A DNA stretch of 64,000 bases from NCBI GenBank assembly GCA_050248855.1, contig JBFWRP010000004.1:110666-174665 (forward strand), given 5' to 3'. Made by a program: the position numbers and the translations under genes. Shown here in pieces: positions 49,491-58,836 of this stretch. The first letter of the stretch is position 1. Each line of letters opens with the position of its first letter. Source of the DNA: Planctomycetota bacterium (lineage in GTDB: Bacteria > Planctomycetota > PLA2 > JAEUHO01). The notes under the pieces were generated by a model. That model searched no databases. It was given only the letters and a program-made list of their open reading frames with translations, and was not told the origin of the DNA.

Positions 49491-49663
49491 GAGGCGTCTC
49501 CAGGGGAAGGGGGCGGGAGTCTACCCCCCTCCTCCGGGACCCAAGCGTTCAGGCCTGGGCTGGGCGCCGGAGCAGCGCCTGCCACGCACGGCACCCACTT
49601 GCCTCACCCGAGAGCCGCCCCCCCAGGGTGCGCCGACGCCGCTTGGATCTGAGCGCGGCCGCC

Positions 49664-49772
49664 GCGCATCGGGTCGTCAGGGCGACGGTAGCGCGCCAGC
49701 ATCGGCGACGACTCGTGGTCTGTTCCCTCGAGGAGCCGATGCTGGTGCGGGACCGAGCATCTGACGAGCCGC
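49664..49772. repeat. Dispersed ~108-bp hairpin repeat, copy 3 of 3
   Basis: Near-identical to copy 1, with a compensatory C-G to T-A change in the outer stem. Confidence 0.92.
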
Positions 49773-49810
49773 ACCACCGAGTGCAAGGGGGGTGAACGCT
49801 TGCGGCGGGA

Positions 49811-50515
49811 CTACCCCAGGTAGGCCTTGCGCACCTCCGGATCCACGAGGAGGCGCTCGGCGGTGTCCTCGAGCACGACGCGACCGGTCTCGAGGACGTA
49901 GCCCCGGTGGGCGGTCTTCAGCGCCAAGTGGGCGTTCTGTTCGACCAGCAGGATGGTGGTGCCCAGCTCCCGGTTGACGCGGGCGATCTCCGTGAAGATC
50001 TGGCGCACGAGCAGGGGGGCGATGCCCAGGCTGGGCTCGTCCAGGAGCAGCAGCCGGGGGCCGGCCATCAACGCGCGGCCGATGGCCAGCATCTGCTGCT
50101 CGCCCCCCGAGAGCGTTCCGCCGCTCTGGTCCTTGCGCTCCTCCAAGCGCGGGAACAGTCCGAACACCTGTTCCAGCCGTTGGCCCACGACGCCGCGGTC
50201 CCGGACGAGGTAGGCCCCCATCTCGAGGTTCTCGAGCACGGTGAGGCGCGTGAAGATCCGGCGCCCTTCGGGGGCGTGGGCGATCCCCAAGCGGACGATC
50301 CGCTCGGCGGAGGCGTTCTCGATGGCCTTCCCCTCGAAACGCACCGACCCACGGCTCGGGCGGTGCAGGCCCGACAGCGCGCGGAGCGTGGTCGTCTTGC
50401 CGGCGCCGTTGCAGCCGATGAGCGTGACGATCTCCCCCTCGTCGACCCGCAGCGAGACGCCGTGCAGGGCCTGGATGCGCCCGTAGGCGACGTCGAGCCC
50501 TTCGACCTGCAGCAT
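49811..50515 (-). CDS. livF: Branched-chain amino acid ABC transporter ATPase
   Basis: GCNGAGKT, PEGRRIF, LSGGEQQML, LDEPSLG, VEQNA. Confidence 0.93.
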   Translation of the reverse strand: MLQVEGLDVAYGRIQALHGVSLRVDEGEIVTLIGCNGAGKTTTLRALSGLHRPSRGSVRFEGKAIENASAERIVRLGIAHAPEGRRIFTRLTVLENLEMGAYLVRDRGVVGQRLEQVFGLFPRLEERKDQSGGTLSGGEQQMLAIGRALMAGPRLLLLDEPSLGIAPLLVRQIFTEIARVNRELGTTILLVEQNAHLALKTAHRGYVLETGRVVLEDTAERLLVDPEVRKAYLG

Positions 50516-51285
50516 CAGGCCTCCCCCCCGAGGTAGGCCTCGATCACCCTGGGGTCGGCACGGACTTCGTCCGGCGTCCCGTGCGCGATGCGCTCGCCGT
50601 GGTCGAGCACCACGATGCGTTCGCAGATGCCCATCACGAACTTCATGTCGTGTTCGATCAGGAGGATGGCGAGCCCGAGGTCGTCGCGCAGCCGGCGCAC
50701 CGTGTTCATCAGGTCCACCTTCTCGGCGGGGTTCATGCCGGCCGCGGGCTCGTCGAGCAGCAACAGCTGCGGGCCCAGCGCCAGGGCGCGGCAGATTTCG
50801 AGCTTGCGCTGGTCGCCGTAGGGCAGGTCGCCCGCGCGATCCCCGGCTTCGTCGGCGAGGCCGAGGCGGTCCAGCAACCCGAGGACGTCGTCGCGGATCG
50901 ACGCCTCGGCGCGCCGAAAGGCCGGCAGCCGCAGCACGCTCGCCCAGATCCCGGTACCGGGTCGTGCAGGCAGCACGGCGGCCACGTTGTCGGCCACGGT
51001 CATGTCCTGCCACAGGCGGATGTTCTGGAACGTGCGCGCCATCCCCAGCCGCGCCCGCTCCCAGGGCGCCAGCTTGGCGATGTCGTGGCCCTGCCAGCGG
51101 ACGGCGCCCGACGTGACGGTGTCGGCCCCCGTGATGAGGTTGAACAGGGTGGTCTTGCCCGCGCCGTTGGCGCCGATGAGCCCCACGAGCTCGCCCTGCT
51201 CCAGCGACAGGGAAACGTCGCTGACAGCCGTCAAGCCGCCGTAGCACTTCGTGACGTGCTCCACTTCGAAGAGAGTCGTGGTCAC
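50515..51285 (-). CDS. livG: Branched-chain amino acid ABC transporter ATPase
   Basis: GANGAGKT, ARTFQNIRL, LPYG, LDEPAAGMN, IEHDM. Confidence 0.93.
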   Translation of the reverse strand: MTTTLFEVEHVTKCYGGLTAVSDVSLSLEQGELVGLIGANGAGKTTLFNLITGADTVTSGAVRWQGHDIAKLAPWERARLGMARTFQNIRLWQDMTVADNVAAVLPARPGTGIWASVLRLPAFRRAEASIRDDVLGLLDRLGLADEAGDRAGDLPYGDQRKLEICRALALGPQLLLLDEPAAGMNPAEKVDLMNTVRRLRDDLGLAILLIEHDMKFVMGICERIVVLDHGERIAHGTPDEVRADPRVIEAYLGGEA

Positions 51286-52256
51286 GCGGCCCCTCCCTCC
51301 GTGCGAGCCCGCCGCTTGGCCTTCCACTCCCGGACGATGTCGGTGAGCTCCCGCGGCCCGAAGATCCCCTTGGGCCGGAAGATCATCATGAGGATCAGCA
51401 GCAGGGCGAAGATGACCTGCGACCACTGACCGATGATCCCGCCCCTCATGATGAGCGCACGCTCCGTGGCGTAGAACACGACGGCAGCCACGATGCAGCC
51501 CGAGAGCGAGCCGAGCCCCCCGAGCACGACCACGAGGAAGATGTAGACCATGCGGACGAACTCGAAGTCCTTGGTGGCCACGCTGCCGCTGTAGTGGGCG
51601 AAGAGGGCGCCGGCCAAGCCGGCGATGCCCGAGCCCACGACGAACACGAACACGCGACTGCGGGCCGGTGGCAGGCCAAGCAACCCGGCCGCTACTTCGT
51701 CCTGGGCCACGGCGAGCATCACCCGGCCCTTGCTGCTGCGGATGAAGTTGCGGATGCCCAAGGCAACGAGGACCACGACACCCACCAGCACGCCGAGGTA
51801 GATCAGGCGGTACGTGAGCTGAGTCGACGGACTCAGCTCGAACAGGACGTGGCGGACGCCCATCCCCGGCGGCACGCGACTGTCCAGGGCGGTCACGACC
51901 TGCCGAACGCCCTCGCCGAAGCCCAAGGTCGCAATGGCCAGGTAGTCGCCACGCAGACGCAGGCACGGGACGCCGATGGCAAGTCCGCCCAGGGCCGCCA
52001 GGGCCGTGCCGAAGAGGACGCTCACGAGGAGCACCAGCACACCCGGAAGGCCCGGATCGAGCTCGGCTGTCATCCAGGCGGCGCCGTACGCCCCGAGGAA
52101 GTAGAAGCCGTGGTGCCCCAAGCTGAACATGCGTCCCCACCCGTTGATCAGGTTGAGGGACAGCGCGAGCAACACGAGCACGGAGATCTGGATCAGCTGG
52201 TCGGGCAGCCACAGATGCAGCATCATCGCCAACGGCAGGTCGCCGAGCCCGCCCAT
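51282..52256 (-). CDS. livM: Branched-chain amino acid ABC transporter permease
   Basis: LRLRGDYLAIATLGFGE, VVLGGLGS. Confidence 0.9.
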   Translation of the reverse strand: MGGLGDLPLAMMLHLWLPDQLIQISVLVLLALSLNLINGWGRMFSLGHHGFYFLGAYGAAWMTAELDPGLPGVLVLLVSVLFGTALAALGGLAIGVPCLRLRGDYLAIATLGFGEGVRQVVTALDSRVPPGMGVRHVLFELSPSTQLTYRLIYLGVLVGVVVLVALGIRNFIRSSKGRVMLAVAQDEVAAGLLGLPPARSRVFVFVVGSGIAGLAGALFAHYSGSVATKDFEFVRMVYIFLVVVLGGLGSLSGCIVAAVVFYATERALIMRGGIIGQWSQVIFALLLILMMIFRPKGIFGPRELTDIVREWKAKRRARTEGGAA

Positions 52257-53320
52257 CAGACCTTCTCCCGCAACGGTCGCCCGAGAAGGCCCGTGGGTCG
52301 GATGACCAGCACGACGATCAGGAACACGTAGGCCAAGGCTTCCTGGAACGCCTTGGCCTCGCTCCAGCCCGCCTCCTCGAGCAGCCAGGGGAGCCCGAAC
52401 TCGGCCATGCCCAGCACCAAGCCCCCGACGAGGGCTCCCGGGATCGAGCCGATGCCACCGATGACGGCAGCGATGAATGCCTTCAACCCCGGGATCCAGC
52501 CGGTGAGCGGCCTGACGCTTCCGTAGGTGCTGCAGAACGCCACACCCCCGATCCCGGCGAGCACCGCACCCAGGAAGAACGTCCACGCCACGACGCGGTC
52601 GAGATTGATGCCCATCAGCTTCGCAGCATCTGGATCCTCGGACACGGCACGCATCGCCCGGCCCATGCGCGTGCGCTGGACGAGGAACCAGAGGACGGGC
52701 GCGCACAGCACCAACAGGGCGAGCACGAAGCCCTGCTTGCCCTCCTTGGTGATGCCCATCGACTTGACGACACGCTCCACGCCGGCGGCTTTCAGCTCGG
52801 CACGTCGGGCGGCCGTAACCGGCTCGCCGGCCTTGATGACCGCGGCGGGATCATCGCGGCGGCGATAGCTGGCGTCCGCTGGCGAGGGCACGTCGTCGAC
52901 GCTCACCCAGATCCCGGGCTCCGGGTACGCACGCGCCCCCGCGCCCCACACCTGGATGGCGAGGTTCTGGAGGAAGAACGACACGCCGACGGCCGTGAGC
53001 AGGGCGGCGATGCGGCCCGCGTGCCGCACGGGGCGATACGCCAAACGCTCGGTCACCACGGCCAAGAGGCCGGCCGCCAACCCGGCCGCCGCGAGCGCCA
53101 GGAAGAAGGCGAGCAACACCGGCAGCGGCTGCGGGAGCGGCAGCTCCTCGATCCGCGAGTCACGCAGCACGAACAGGCCGACGAACCCGCCCACCATGAA
53201 GAACTCGCCATGGGCGAAGTTGATGAGGCGGATGATCCCGTAGACCATCGTGTAGCCCAGCGCGATGAAGGCGTAGATCGCCCCCAGCCCCAAGCCGTCG
53301 AGCAGTATGTTCGCGAGCAC
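52256..53320 (-). CDS. livH: Branched-chain amino acid ABC transporter permease
   Basis: ALGYTMVYGIIRLINFAHGE, GRAMRAVS, GGIGSIPGA. Confidence 0.93.
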   Translation of the reverse strand: MLANILLDGLGLGAIYAFIALGYTMVYGIIRLINFAHGEFFMVGGFVGLFVLRDSRIEELPLPQPLPVLLAFFLALAAAGLAAGLLAVVTERLAYRPVRHAGRIAALLTAVGVSFFLQNLAIQVWGAGARAYPEPGIWVSVDDVPSPADASYRRRDDPAAVIKAGEPVTAARRAELKAAGVERVVKSMGITKEGKQGFVLALLVLCAPVLWFLVQRTRMGRAMRAVSEDPDAAKLMGINLDRVVAWTFFLGAVLAGIGGVAFCSTYGSVRPLTGWIPGLKAFIAAVIGGIGSIPGALVGGLVLGMAEFGLPWLLEEAGWSEAKAFQEALAYVFLIVVLVIRPTGLLGRPLREKV

Positions 53321-53346
53321 GCGGTGGGTCCGCTACGCGTTGCGGA

Positions 53347-54474
53347 TCAGGGGTTGATGGTCGCGTGGTACTTCTTGGCGCCCGCTTCGACGCGGACGAT
53401 CACCACGTCCTTCACCGGGGTGCGCTCGTCGTTGTCGAGCGAGATCGAGCCCGTGATGCCCTTCAAGCCCTTCGTGGCGGCGATCGCCTTGGCCAAGGCT
53501 TCTGCCGAAGGTGCCTCCCCGGCGCGCTGGACCGCATCGGACATCACGAAGAGCACGTCGTAGCCCAGCGCCGCCATCGCGCCGGGCGCGGACCCGAACT
53601 TCTCCTCGTAGCGCTTGGCGAACGCCTGGACCCGATCGTCGGGCGCGTCCGGCGCGAAGTGCGTGGTGAAGTAGATGGGGTTGGAGGCGCTGGCCACCAG
53701 CTGGATGAAGGTGTCCGAGTCGATCCCGTCACCGCCGATGACCGGGAGCTGCCCCCAGCGGCCCTGGGCCTGCTTGATCATCGCGCCGCCGTCCTCGTAG
53801 TAGCCGCTGAAGAAGACGACGTCGGGCGCGAAATCGGCCACACCCTGGATCACGTTGGAGAAGTCGGGGTTGCCGGCCTTGAAGAACTCGTCGTGCGCGG
53901 TACCGCCCTGGGCCTCGAAGCGCGTCTTGAAGTTGCTCGAGAGGCCGAGGCTGTAGTCCGACTCCTTGTCGATGATGACCGCGGCCTTCTTCCAGCCGTT
54001 CTCGAGGGCGAAGTTGGCCAGCACCGTGCCCTGGAAGCTGTCCTTGTAGCAGATGCGCGATAGGTAGGGATTGCCGGGCGTCAGCTGGTCGTTCGTGGAC
54101 GCGGGCGTGATGCACGGAACGCCCGAAGCCTTGACCACGGTGCCGATCTTCTTGGTGTTGGAAGAGGCGACGGAGCCGATGAGGGCGCGGGCGCCGTTGA
54201 CCTCGATGAGGGTCTTGGCGCGCGACTCGGCCTCGGTGGGCTCGGACTTCTCGTCCTGCAGGACGAGCTCGAACGGCAGCTTGGCCCCGTCGGTCTGGAG
54301 ATCCTCGAGCGCCAGCTGCATGCCGTTCCAGGACTCTTCCCCGTAGGTGGCCTGGGGTCCGGACATCGGCAGGATGACGCCGACGACGACCTTGCCGCTG
54401 TCGCTTCCGCAGCCGGCCAGGCTGCCCAGTGTGGCCACGCAGGCGATCGAGGCGAGCAGCAAACGGCGGATCAT
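53347..54474 (-). CDS. livK: Branched-chain amino acid ABC substrate-binding lipoprotein (LivK/LivJ family)
   Basis: Lipobox LAGC; PMSGPQATYG; PAST; first gene of the liv operon. Confidence 0.88.
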   Translation of the reverse strand: MIRRLLLASIACVATLGSLAGCGSDSGKVVVGVILPMSGPQATYGEESWNGMQLALEDLQTDGAKLPFELVLQDEKSEPTEAESRAKTLIEVNGARALIGSVASSNTKKIGTVVKASGVPCITPASTNDQLTPGNPYLSRICYKDSFQGTVLANFALENGWKKAAVIIDKESDYSLGLSSNFKTRFEAQGGTAHDEFFKAGNPDFSNVIQGVADFAPDVVFFSGYYEDGGAMIKQAQGRWGQLPVIGGDGIDSDTFIQLVASASNPIYFTTHFAPDAPDDRVQAFAKRYEEKFGSAPGAMAALGYDVLFVMSDAVQRAGEAPSAEALAKAIAATKGLKGITGSISLDNDERTPVKDVVIVRVEAGAKKYHATINP

Positions 54475-54582
54475 GGCGGTTCTCCGGGGGGTCCAGCCTC
54501 AAGGAGTGCGGATCCTACCCGCATCCGTCCCCGCCCCGGAACCCCTCCCCGCTGGACGCCTTGGGCCCCGGGCGGAGGCGGC

Positions 54583-55713
54583 TCAGTCGAAGTCCCCGCG
54601 TCCGAACTCGTAGGGGTGATCGGCACCCACGTTGAGGACCAGGCCCAGGGCCAGGAAGCTCGTGAGCAGGCTGCTGCCGCCGTAGCTCATGAAGCCCAAG
54701 GGCATGCCGACGACGGGGAGGAGCCCCACCGTCATCATCAGGTTGATGATCGCCTGGCAGGCGAACAGCGCGCCGACGCCGACGCAGAGCAGCCGCCCGC
54801 TGGGTTCTCGCACGCTCGAGCCCACGCGCAGGACCAGCCCGACGAGCAGGGCGTAGAGCAGGAACAGCACGACGGCGCCCCCCGTGCCGAAGGCCATCAC
54901 GAACACGGGGTAGATGAAGTCCGAGTGGCGCTCGGGCAGGTAGCGCACGGCCTCGGCCGTGTCCTCGCCGAGGCCGGTCCCGAGGAACCCTGCCGTGCCG
55001 ACGACGGTCTTGCTCTGGTGCAAGTGGTGCAGCTGGTGGCGCTGCAGCATCGTGTCGTCGGCGTGCTGCAGCAGGAAGGCGTGCACGCGGTCCTTCTGGT
55101 AGCCGCTCATGAGCCCGGGCAGGAAGAAGAGCGCCAGCCCGGCGAGCACGCCAAGCCCCATCACGAGGCCCAAGTGCTGGCGCCGGGCGCCCGCGACATA
55201 GAGCATCACGAGCAAGAGGGGCAGCAGCAGCAGCGCCGTGCCGAGATCCGGCTGCTTCATGATCAGCAGCACGGGCACCAGGGTGATCGCCAGCGGCCGC
55301 AGGAGACCGCGCAGCTCGCGGTGGCTGCGGTCGTAGCGGATGTAGCCGGCCAGCATCACGACCAGCACGACCTTCATGAGCTCGCTCGGCTGGGCGCGGA
55401 AGCCGCCCAGCTGGATCCAGCGCCCGGCGCTCTTGCCGCGGCCCACGACCAGCACCGCGACGAGCGCGAGCAGGCCGAGCGCGTAGACGAACCAGCGCGC
55501 GTCCACGATGCGCCGGTAGGGCACGGCGAGCACGAGCAGGCACGCGACCACGCCCAGCACGACCCAGCGCACCTGTGCCGCGCCGTAGTCGACGGCTTGG
55601 CCGAGGCTGGCCACGTGGACCGTGGCGGCGCCCACGAGAGCGAGCAGCACGCCCACGCCCAGCAGCAGCCAGTTGGCGCGCTTCAGCCGATCGCCCAGGC
55701 TCAGCGCACGCAC
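54583..55713 (-). CDS. rodA: SEDS peptidoglycan glycosyltransferase RodA
   Basis: QPSELMK, KQPDLGTA, LPERHSDFI, SYGGSS; located in the mre cluster. Confidence 0.92.
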   Translation of the reverse strand: MRALSLGDRLKRANWLLLGVGVLLALVGAATVHVASLGQAVDYGAAQVRWVVLGVVACLLVLAVPYRRIVDARWFVYALGLLALVAVLVVGRGKSAGRWIQLGGFRAQPSELMKVVLVVMLAGYIRYDRSHRELRGLLRPLAITLVPVLLIMKQPDLGTALLLLPLLLVMLYVAGARRQHLGLVMGLGVLAGLALFFLPGLMSGYQKDRVHAFLLQHADDTMLQRHQLHHLHQSKTVVGTAGFLGTGLGEDTAEAVRYLPERHSDFIYPVFVMAFGTGGAVVLFLLYALLVGLVLRVGSSVREPSGRLLCVGVGALFACQAIINLMMTVGLLPVVGMPLGFMSYGGSSLLTSFLALGLVLNVGADHPYEFGRGDFD

Positions 55714-55732
55714 GACGGAGGCCCTCCCTGCT

Positions 55733-58339
55733 TCACGAGCCGAACCACCAGGACAGGAACTGGGCGACCGCCTTGGCGGACGTCATGGCCGCGGCGTCTT
55801 CTTCACGCGCGTGCAGCACGCAGGCGAAGGCCACCGTGCGACGGCCGGGGGCCTCCGCGAAGCCCGCAAACCAGTGGTGCCATGCCTCTTCCTCGCGGCG
55901 GCCGCGCTCGTCGAGGCCGTACTCCCAGGGGCGCCATTCGGGCCCCAGCTGCGCGGTGCCGGTCTTGCCGTACACGATGCCGGGCACGCTCTCGAAGCCG
56001 GCGTTGCGCGCCGTGCCATCCGCCGAGGTGACCGCGAGCATGCCCTCGCGCACGATCGCCAGGTGTTCGGGGTCGAGATGGAGGTTCTCGCGGCGCGGTT
56101 CGCGGACCCGGCCGTCGACGGCATGCACGGGCTGCGGCACGGGCAGATAGCCACCGTTGGCGATGGCGCACATGGCTCGCGCCATCTGCAGCGGCGTCGT
56201 CAGCACCGGCCCCTGGCCGATGGCGACGTTCGACGCGTCGTGGGCGTGGATGGCCGCGGCCGCCTCGGGGGTCGTGCGGCCGAGGTCCTTGGCGAAGCGC
56301 AGCTTGAACCAGACGTGGCCGCCGCGGGCCGGATCGCCGACCACGCCTGCGCGGTTGCTGGCGACGAGCTCGCTCCAGGAGGCGGGAACGGCGGCCGTGC
56401 CACGCGAGGGCAGCACGGTCCACGGGGCCGGCGTGGCGGCACGCACGTCGAAGGTCAGCGTGACGTCGCGGTCACGGTCCCCGTCCCGCGTGACGCCGAC
56501 GCGAACGCGCGTGGCGCCGCTGGCCCGGTGCACGACGCGCACGGCCTCGGCCAGGTGGAGCCGCGCTCGCGCCGGACTTCCGCCCACCGTACCGGGCGCC
56601 TTGCGATCCGGCTGGAAGTCGAGCTCGACCTCGAGGGGCCGGGCCGCGTCCCCGTCCCCCCCGGCACGCAGATCGTCCTGGGCGCCGGCGACCACGCTGG
56701 CCAGGGGAAAGTCGTAGCCCCCCGCGAGCCACGTGCCCGCATGCCACTCGGGGTAGCTGGGGTCGGGATGGGTGCCGAAGCCAAAGCGCGGCAGGTACCG
56801 ACCAAGCGCCGCCAGGCGCGTGCTCGTCTGCGAGGGGTCGGCGCCGTGACGCACCCAGTGGGCGAAGTACTTGTTGCACGAGTGCTCGAGGGCACCGATC
56901 AGGTCGACATCGCCGCAGCCATGGCAGCCGGGCCCCCCGGCGTGCGCGCTGCAGCCGAAGTGCCACTCGGGGCGCAGGTAGCCCGTGCCGAGCAGGCCCA
57001 ACGCCACGAAGGTCTTGAACGTACTGCCCGGTTCGATCGCGATCTGCGACACGCGGCTGACACCGGGGCCGATCGGAGCGCTCAGCCGGTCGCGCCACGT
57101 CGCGAGGTCGAGCCCCGCGGGCAGGGCCCGGACCGGCAGCCACTCGCGTCGCTGGCGGTCGGGCACGCGATCGCGGTAGAGGTCCGTGAAGAGCGTGCTC
57201 ACGTCGCTCTGCAGGTCGAAGCCCGGGATCTCGGCCCAGACGAGGATCTCACCACTCTCCGCGTCGAGCAGGACGAGCGCGCCCGACGGCCGGGCATGCG
57301 GGTGGTACTTGTCGCGCGTCGCGATGTCCACCAGCACCTGCCGGGCCTTCTCCGACGCCGCCACATCCAGCGCCAGCGTCACGTCGAGCCCGGGCACCGG
57401 ACGCACCTCGTCCAGGACGCGCGTGAAGTGGCCGTCGTCGTCGCGGAGCAGCTCCTGGTACCCCGGGCGCCCTTGCAGCACGTCATCGAGCGCCCGCTCC
57501 ACGCCCGTACGCCCGATTCGCGTGTCCCCGTCGGCGCCGCGCACGGTCATGCGCAACTTCTCGAGCTCCTCGGCGTCGACGACCTTGGTGGCGTAGCCGA
57601 CGAGGTGAGGGGCCGCTTCGCCGAACTCGGCACGGCGGCGCAAGTCGTGGCGCACGAGGAAGCCGCGGAACGCCTCCTGCTCGTCGGTCAGGAGCAGGCG
57701 CGCGACGTCGTCGCCGATCCCCGTCTCCAGCACGTAGGGTCGTCGCAGCATGTCCTCGAGGAACGCGCGCTCGCGTGTGTCGAGGAAGAGATCGATGCCG
57801 TCCGCTTCGAGCGCCCGACGGAAGAGACCCGTCAGGCGGTAGATCTCCTGGATGCGCTGCTGGCCGCGGGCGAGCAGCGTTCCGGGCTCGAGCCCGAGCG
57901 CCGTGTCGAGCGGCGTGTAGTCGGGTGGCGGGAGGTCGAGGATGGTGGGCTCGGGCTTGCGACCGGTGCCGCGGCACGCCTCGACCTGGCAGGCGCAGAT
58001 GCGCGAAGGCGAGGGCTTGGGATCGTCGGGGTAGAGCTGCGGGCGCCACGAACGCACGAGCCCGCACTCGGTGCAGCGTCCGCTGCGGTTGCCGAGCAGC
58101 TCCCACGGCAGCACGGCCAGCTGCAGCGTGGCCTGGTCGTAGGCCAGGGGGCGACCGCTGCGATCCAGGATGCGACCGCGCGGGGCCTGGAGGATCTCGG
58201 TCCGGGCGCGCAAGCGCCACGCCGCGTCCTCCCACTCCGCGCGGTCCACGGTCTGCATCCAGATCGTGCGCAGGAGGATGACGCCCAGCGCCACCAGGAA
58301 GGCCACGTAGAGGACGACGACCCTACGCCGAAAGCGCAC
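55733..58339 (-). CDS. mrdA: Penicillin-binding protein 2 (class B) with insertions
   Basis: APRGRILDR, GRTGVER, PGSTFK (SxxK), SCN (SxN), GKTGTAQ. Confidence 0.88.
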   Translation of the reverse strand: MRFRRRVVVLYVAFLVALGVILLRTIWMQTVDRAEWEDAAWRLRARTEILQAPRGRILDRSGRPLAYDQATLQLAVLPWELLGNRSGRCTECGLVRSWRPQLYPDDPKPSPSRICACQVEACRGTGRKPEPTILDLPPPDYTPLDTALGLEPGTLLARGQQRIQEIYRLTGLFRRALEADGIDLFLDTRERAFLEDMLRRPYVLETGIGDDVARLLLTDEQEAFRGFLVRHDLRRRAEFGEAAPHLVGYATKVVDAEELEKLRMTVRGADGDTRIGRTGVERALDDVLQGRPGYQELLRDDDGHFTRVLDEVRPVPGLDVTLALDVAASEKARQVLVDIATRDKYHPHARPSGALVLLDAESGEILVWAEIPGFDLQSDVSTLFTDLYRDRVPDRQRREWLPVRALPAGLDLATWRDRLSAPIGPGVSRVSQIAIEPGSTFKTFVALGLLGTGYLRPEWHFGCSAHAGGPGCHGCGDVDLIGALEHSCNKYFAHWVRHGADPSQTSTRLAALGRYLPRFGFGTHPDPSYPEWHAGTWLAGGYDFPLASVVAGAQDDLRAGGDGDAARPLEVELDFQPDRKAPGTVGGSPARARLHLAEAVRVVHRASGATRVRVGVTRDGDRDRDVTLTFDVRAATPAPWTVLPSRGTAAVPASWSELVASNRAGVVGDPARGGHVWFKLRFAKDLGRTTPEAAAAIHAHDASNVAIGQGPVLTTPLQMARAMCAIANGGYLPVPQPVHAVDGRVREPRRENLHLDPEHLAIVREGMLAVTSADGTARNAGFESVPGIVYGKTGTAQLGPEWRPWEYGLDERGRREEEAWHHWFAGFAEAPGRRTVAFACVLHAREEDAAAMTSAKAVAQFLSWWFGS

Positions 58340-58832
58340 GGCGCCTCCCGAGCAGGCCTTCCAGCGCCTGGGTGCGGTCGAGGAGCGCCGAGAGCGGGAT
58401 GGCGAGCACGGTGGTCCAGAGCGCCGTCATGACGGCGCCGCCGAAGGCGGGGCCCAACGGGCCGACGCTGGCGTAGGGCAACACGCGCAGCGCATGCACC
58501 CAGCCCGCGAGGCACGTGCCGAGGAAGATGATCAGGAGGCCCGCGACGCCGTCGAGTCGCCCCCGGCCGCGCCCGCCCTCGGCGAGCAGCCACGCAACGA
58601 AGCCCAGGACGAACGCGTGCGTCCCAAGCGGGTCGAGGGACAGGCAGTCCTTGAGCACGCCCAGCGTGATGCTCCAGCCGACGGCCGCATACGCGCGCGC
58701 ACGGCTGGCCAGGTACAGGGCGAGCAGCGCGAACAGGTCGGGCGGCCACGTGGACAGTCCGAGCGCATCCGGCATGAGGTCGGGGAGTGCCGCCCCCAGG
58801 AGCACCAAGAGGAGAAGCGTGACCGGTGCCAC
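58323..58832 (-). CDS. mreD: Rod shape-determining protein MreD
   Basis: Highly hydrophobic; PDL, GVLKDCLS..PLG; lies between mreC and mrdA. Confidence 0.82.
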   Translation of the reverse strand: MAPVTLLLLVLLGAALPDLMPDALGLSTWPPDLFALLALYLASRARAYAAVGWSITLGVLKDCLSLDPLGTHAFVLGFVAWLLAEGGRGRGRLDGVAGLLIIFLGTCLAGWVHALRVLPYASVGPLGPAFGGAVMTALWTTVLAIPLSALLDRTQALEGLLGRRRALSA

Positions 58833-58836
58833 GGCC

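Noticed and set aside
56250-56720. Intein in PBP2
   Set aside because: No Cys/Ser start with a His-Asn end and no LAGLIDADG motif; treated as an inserted domain
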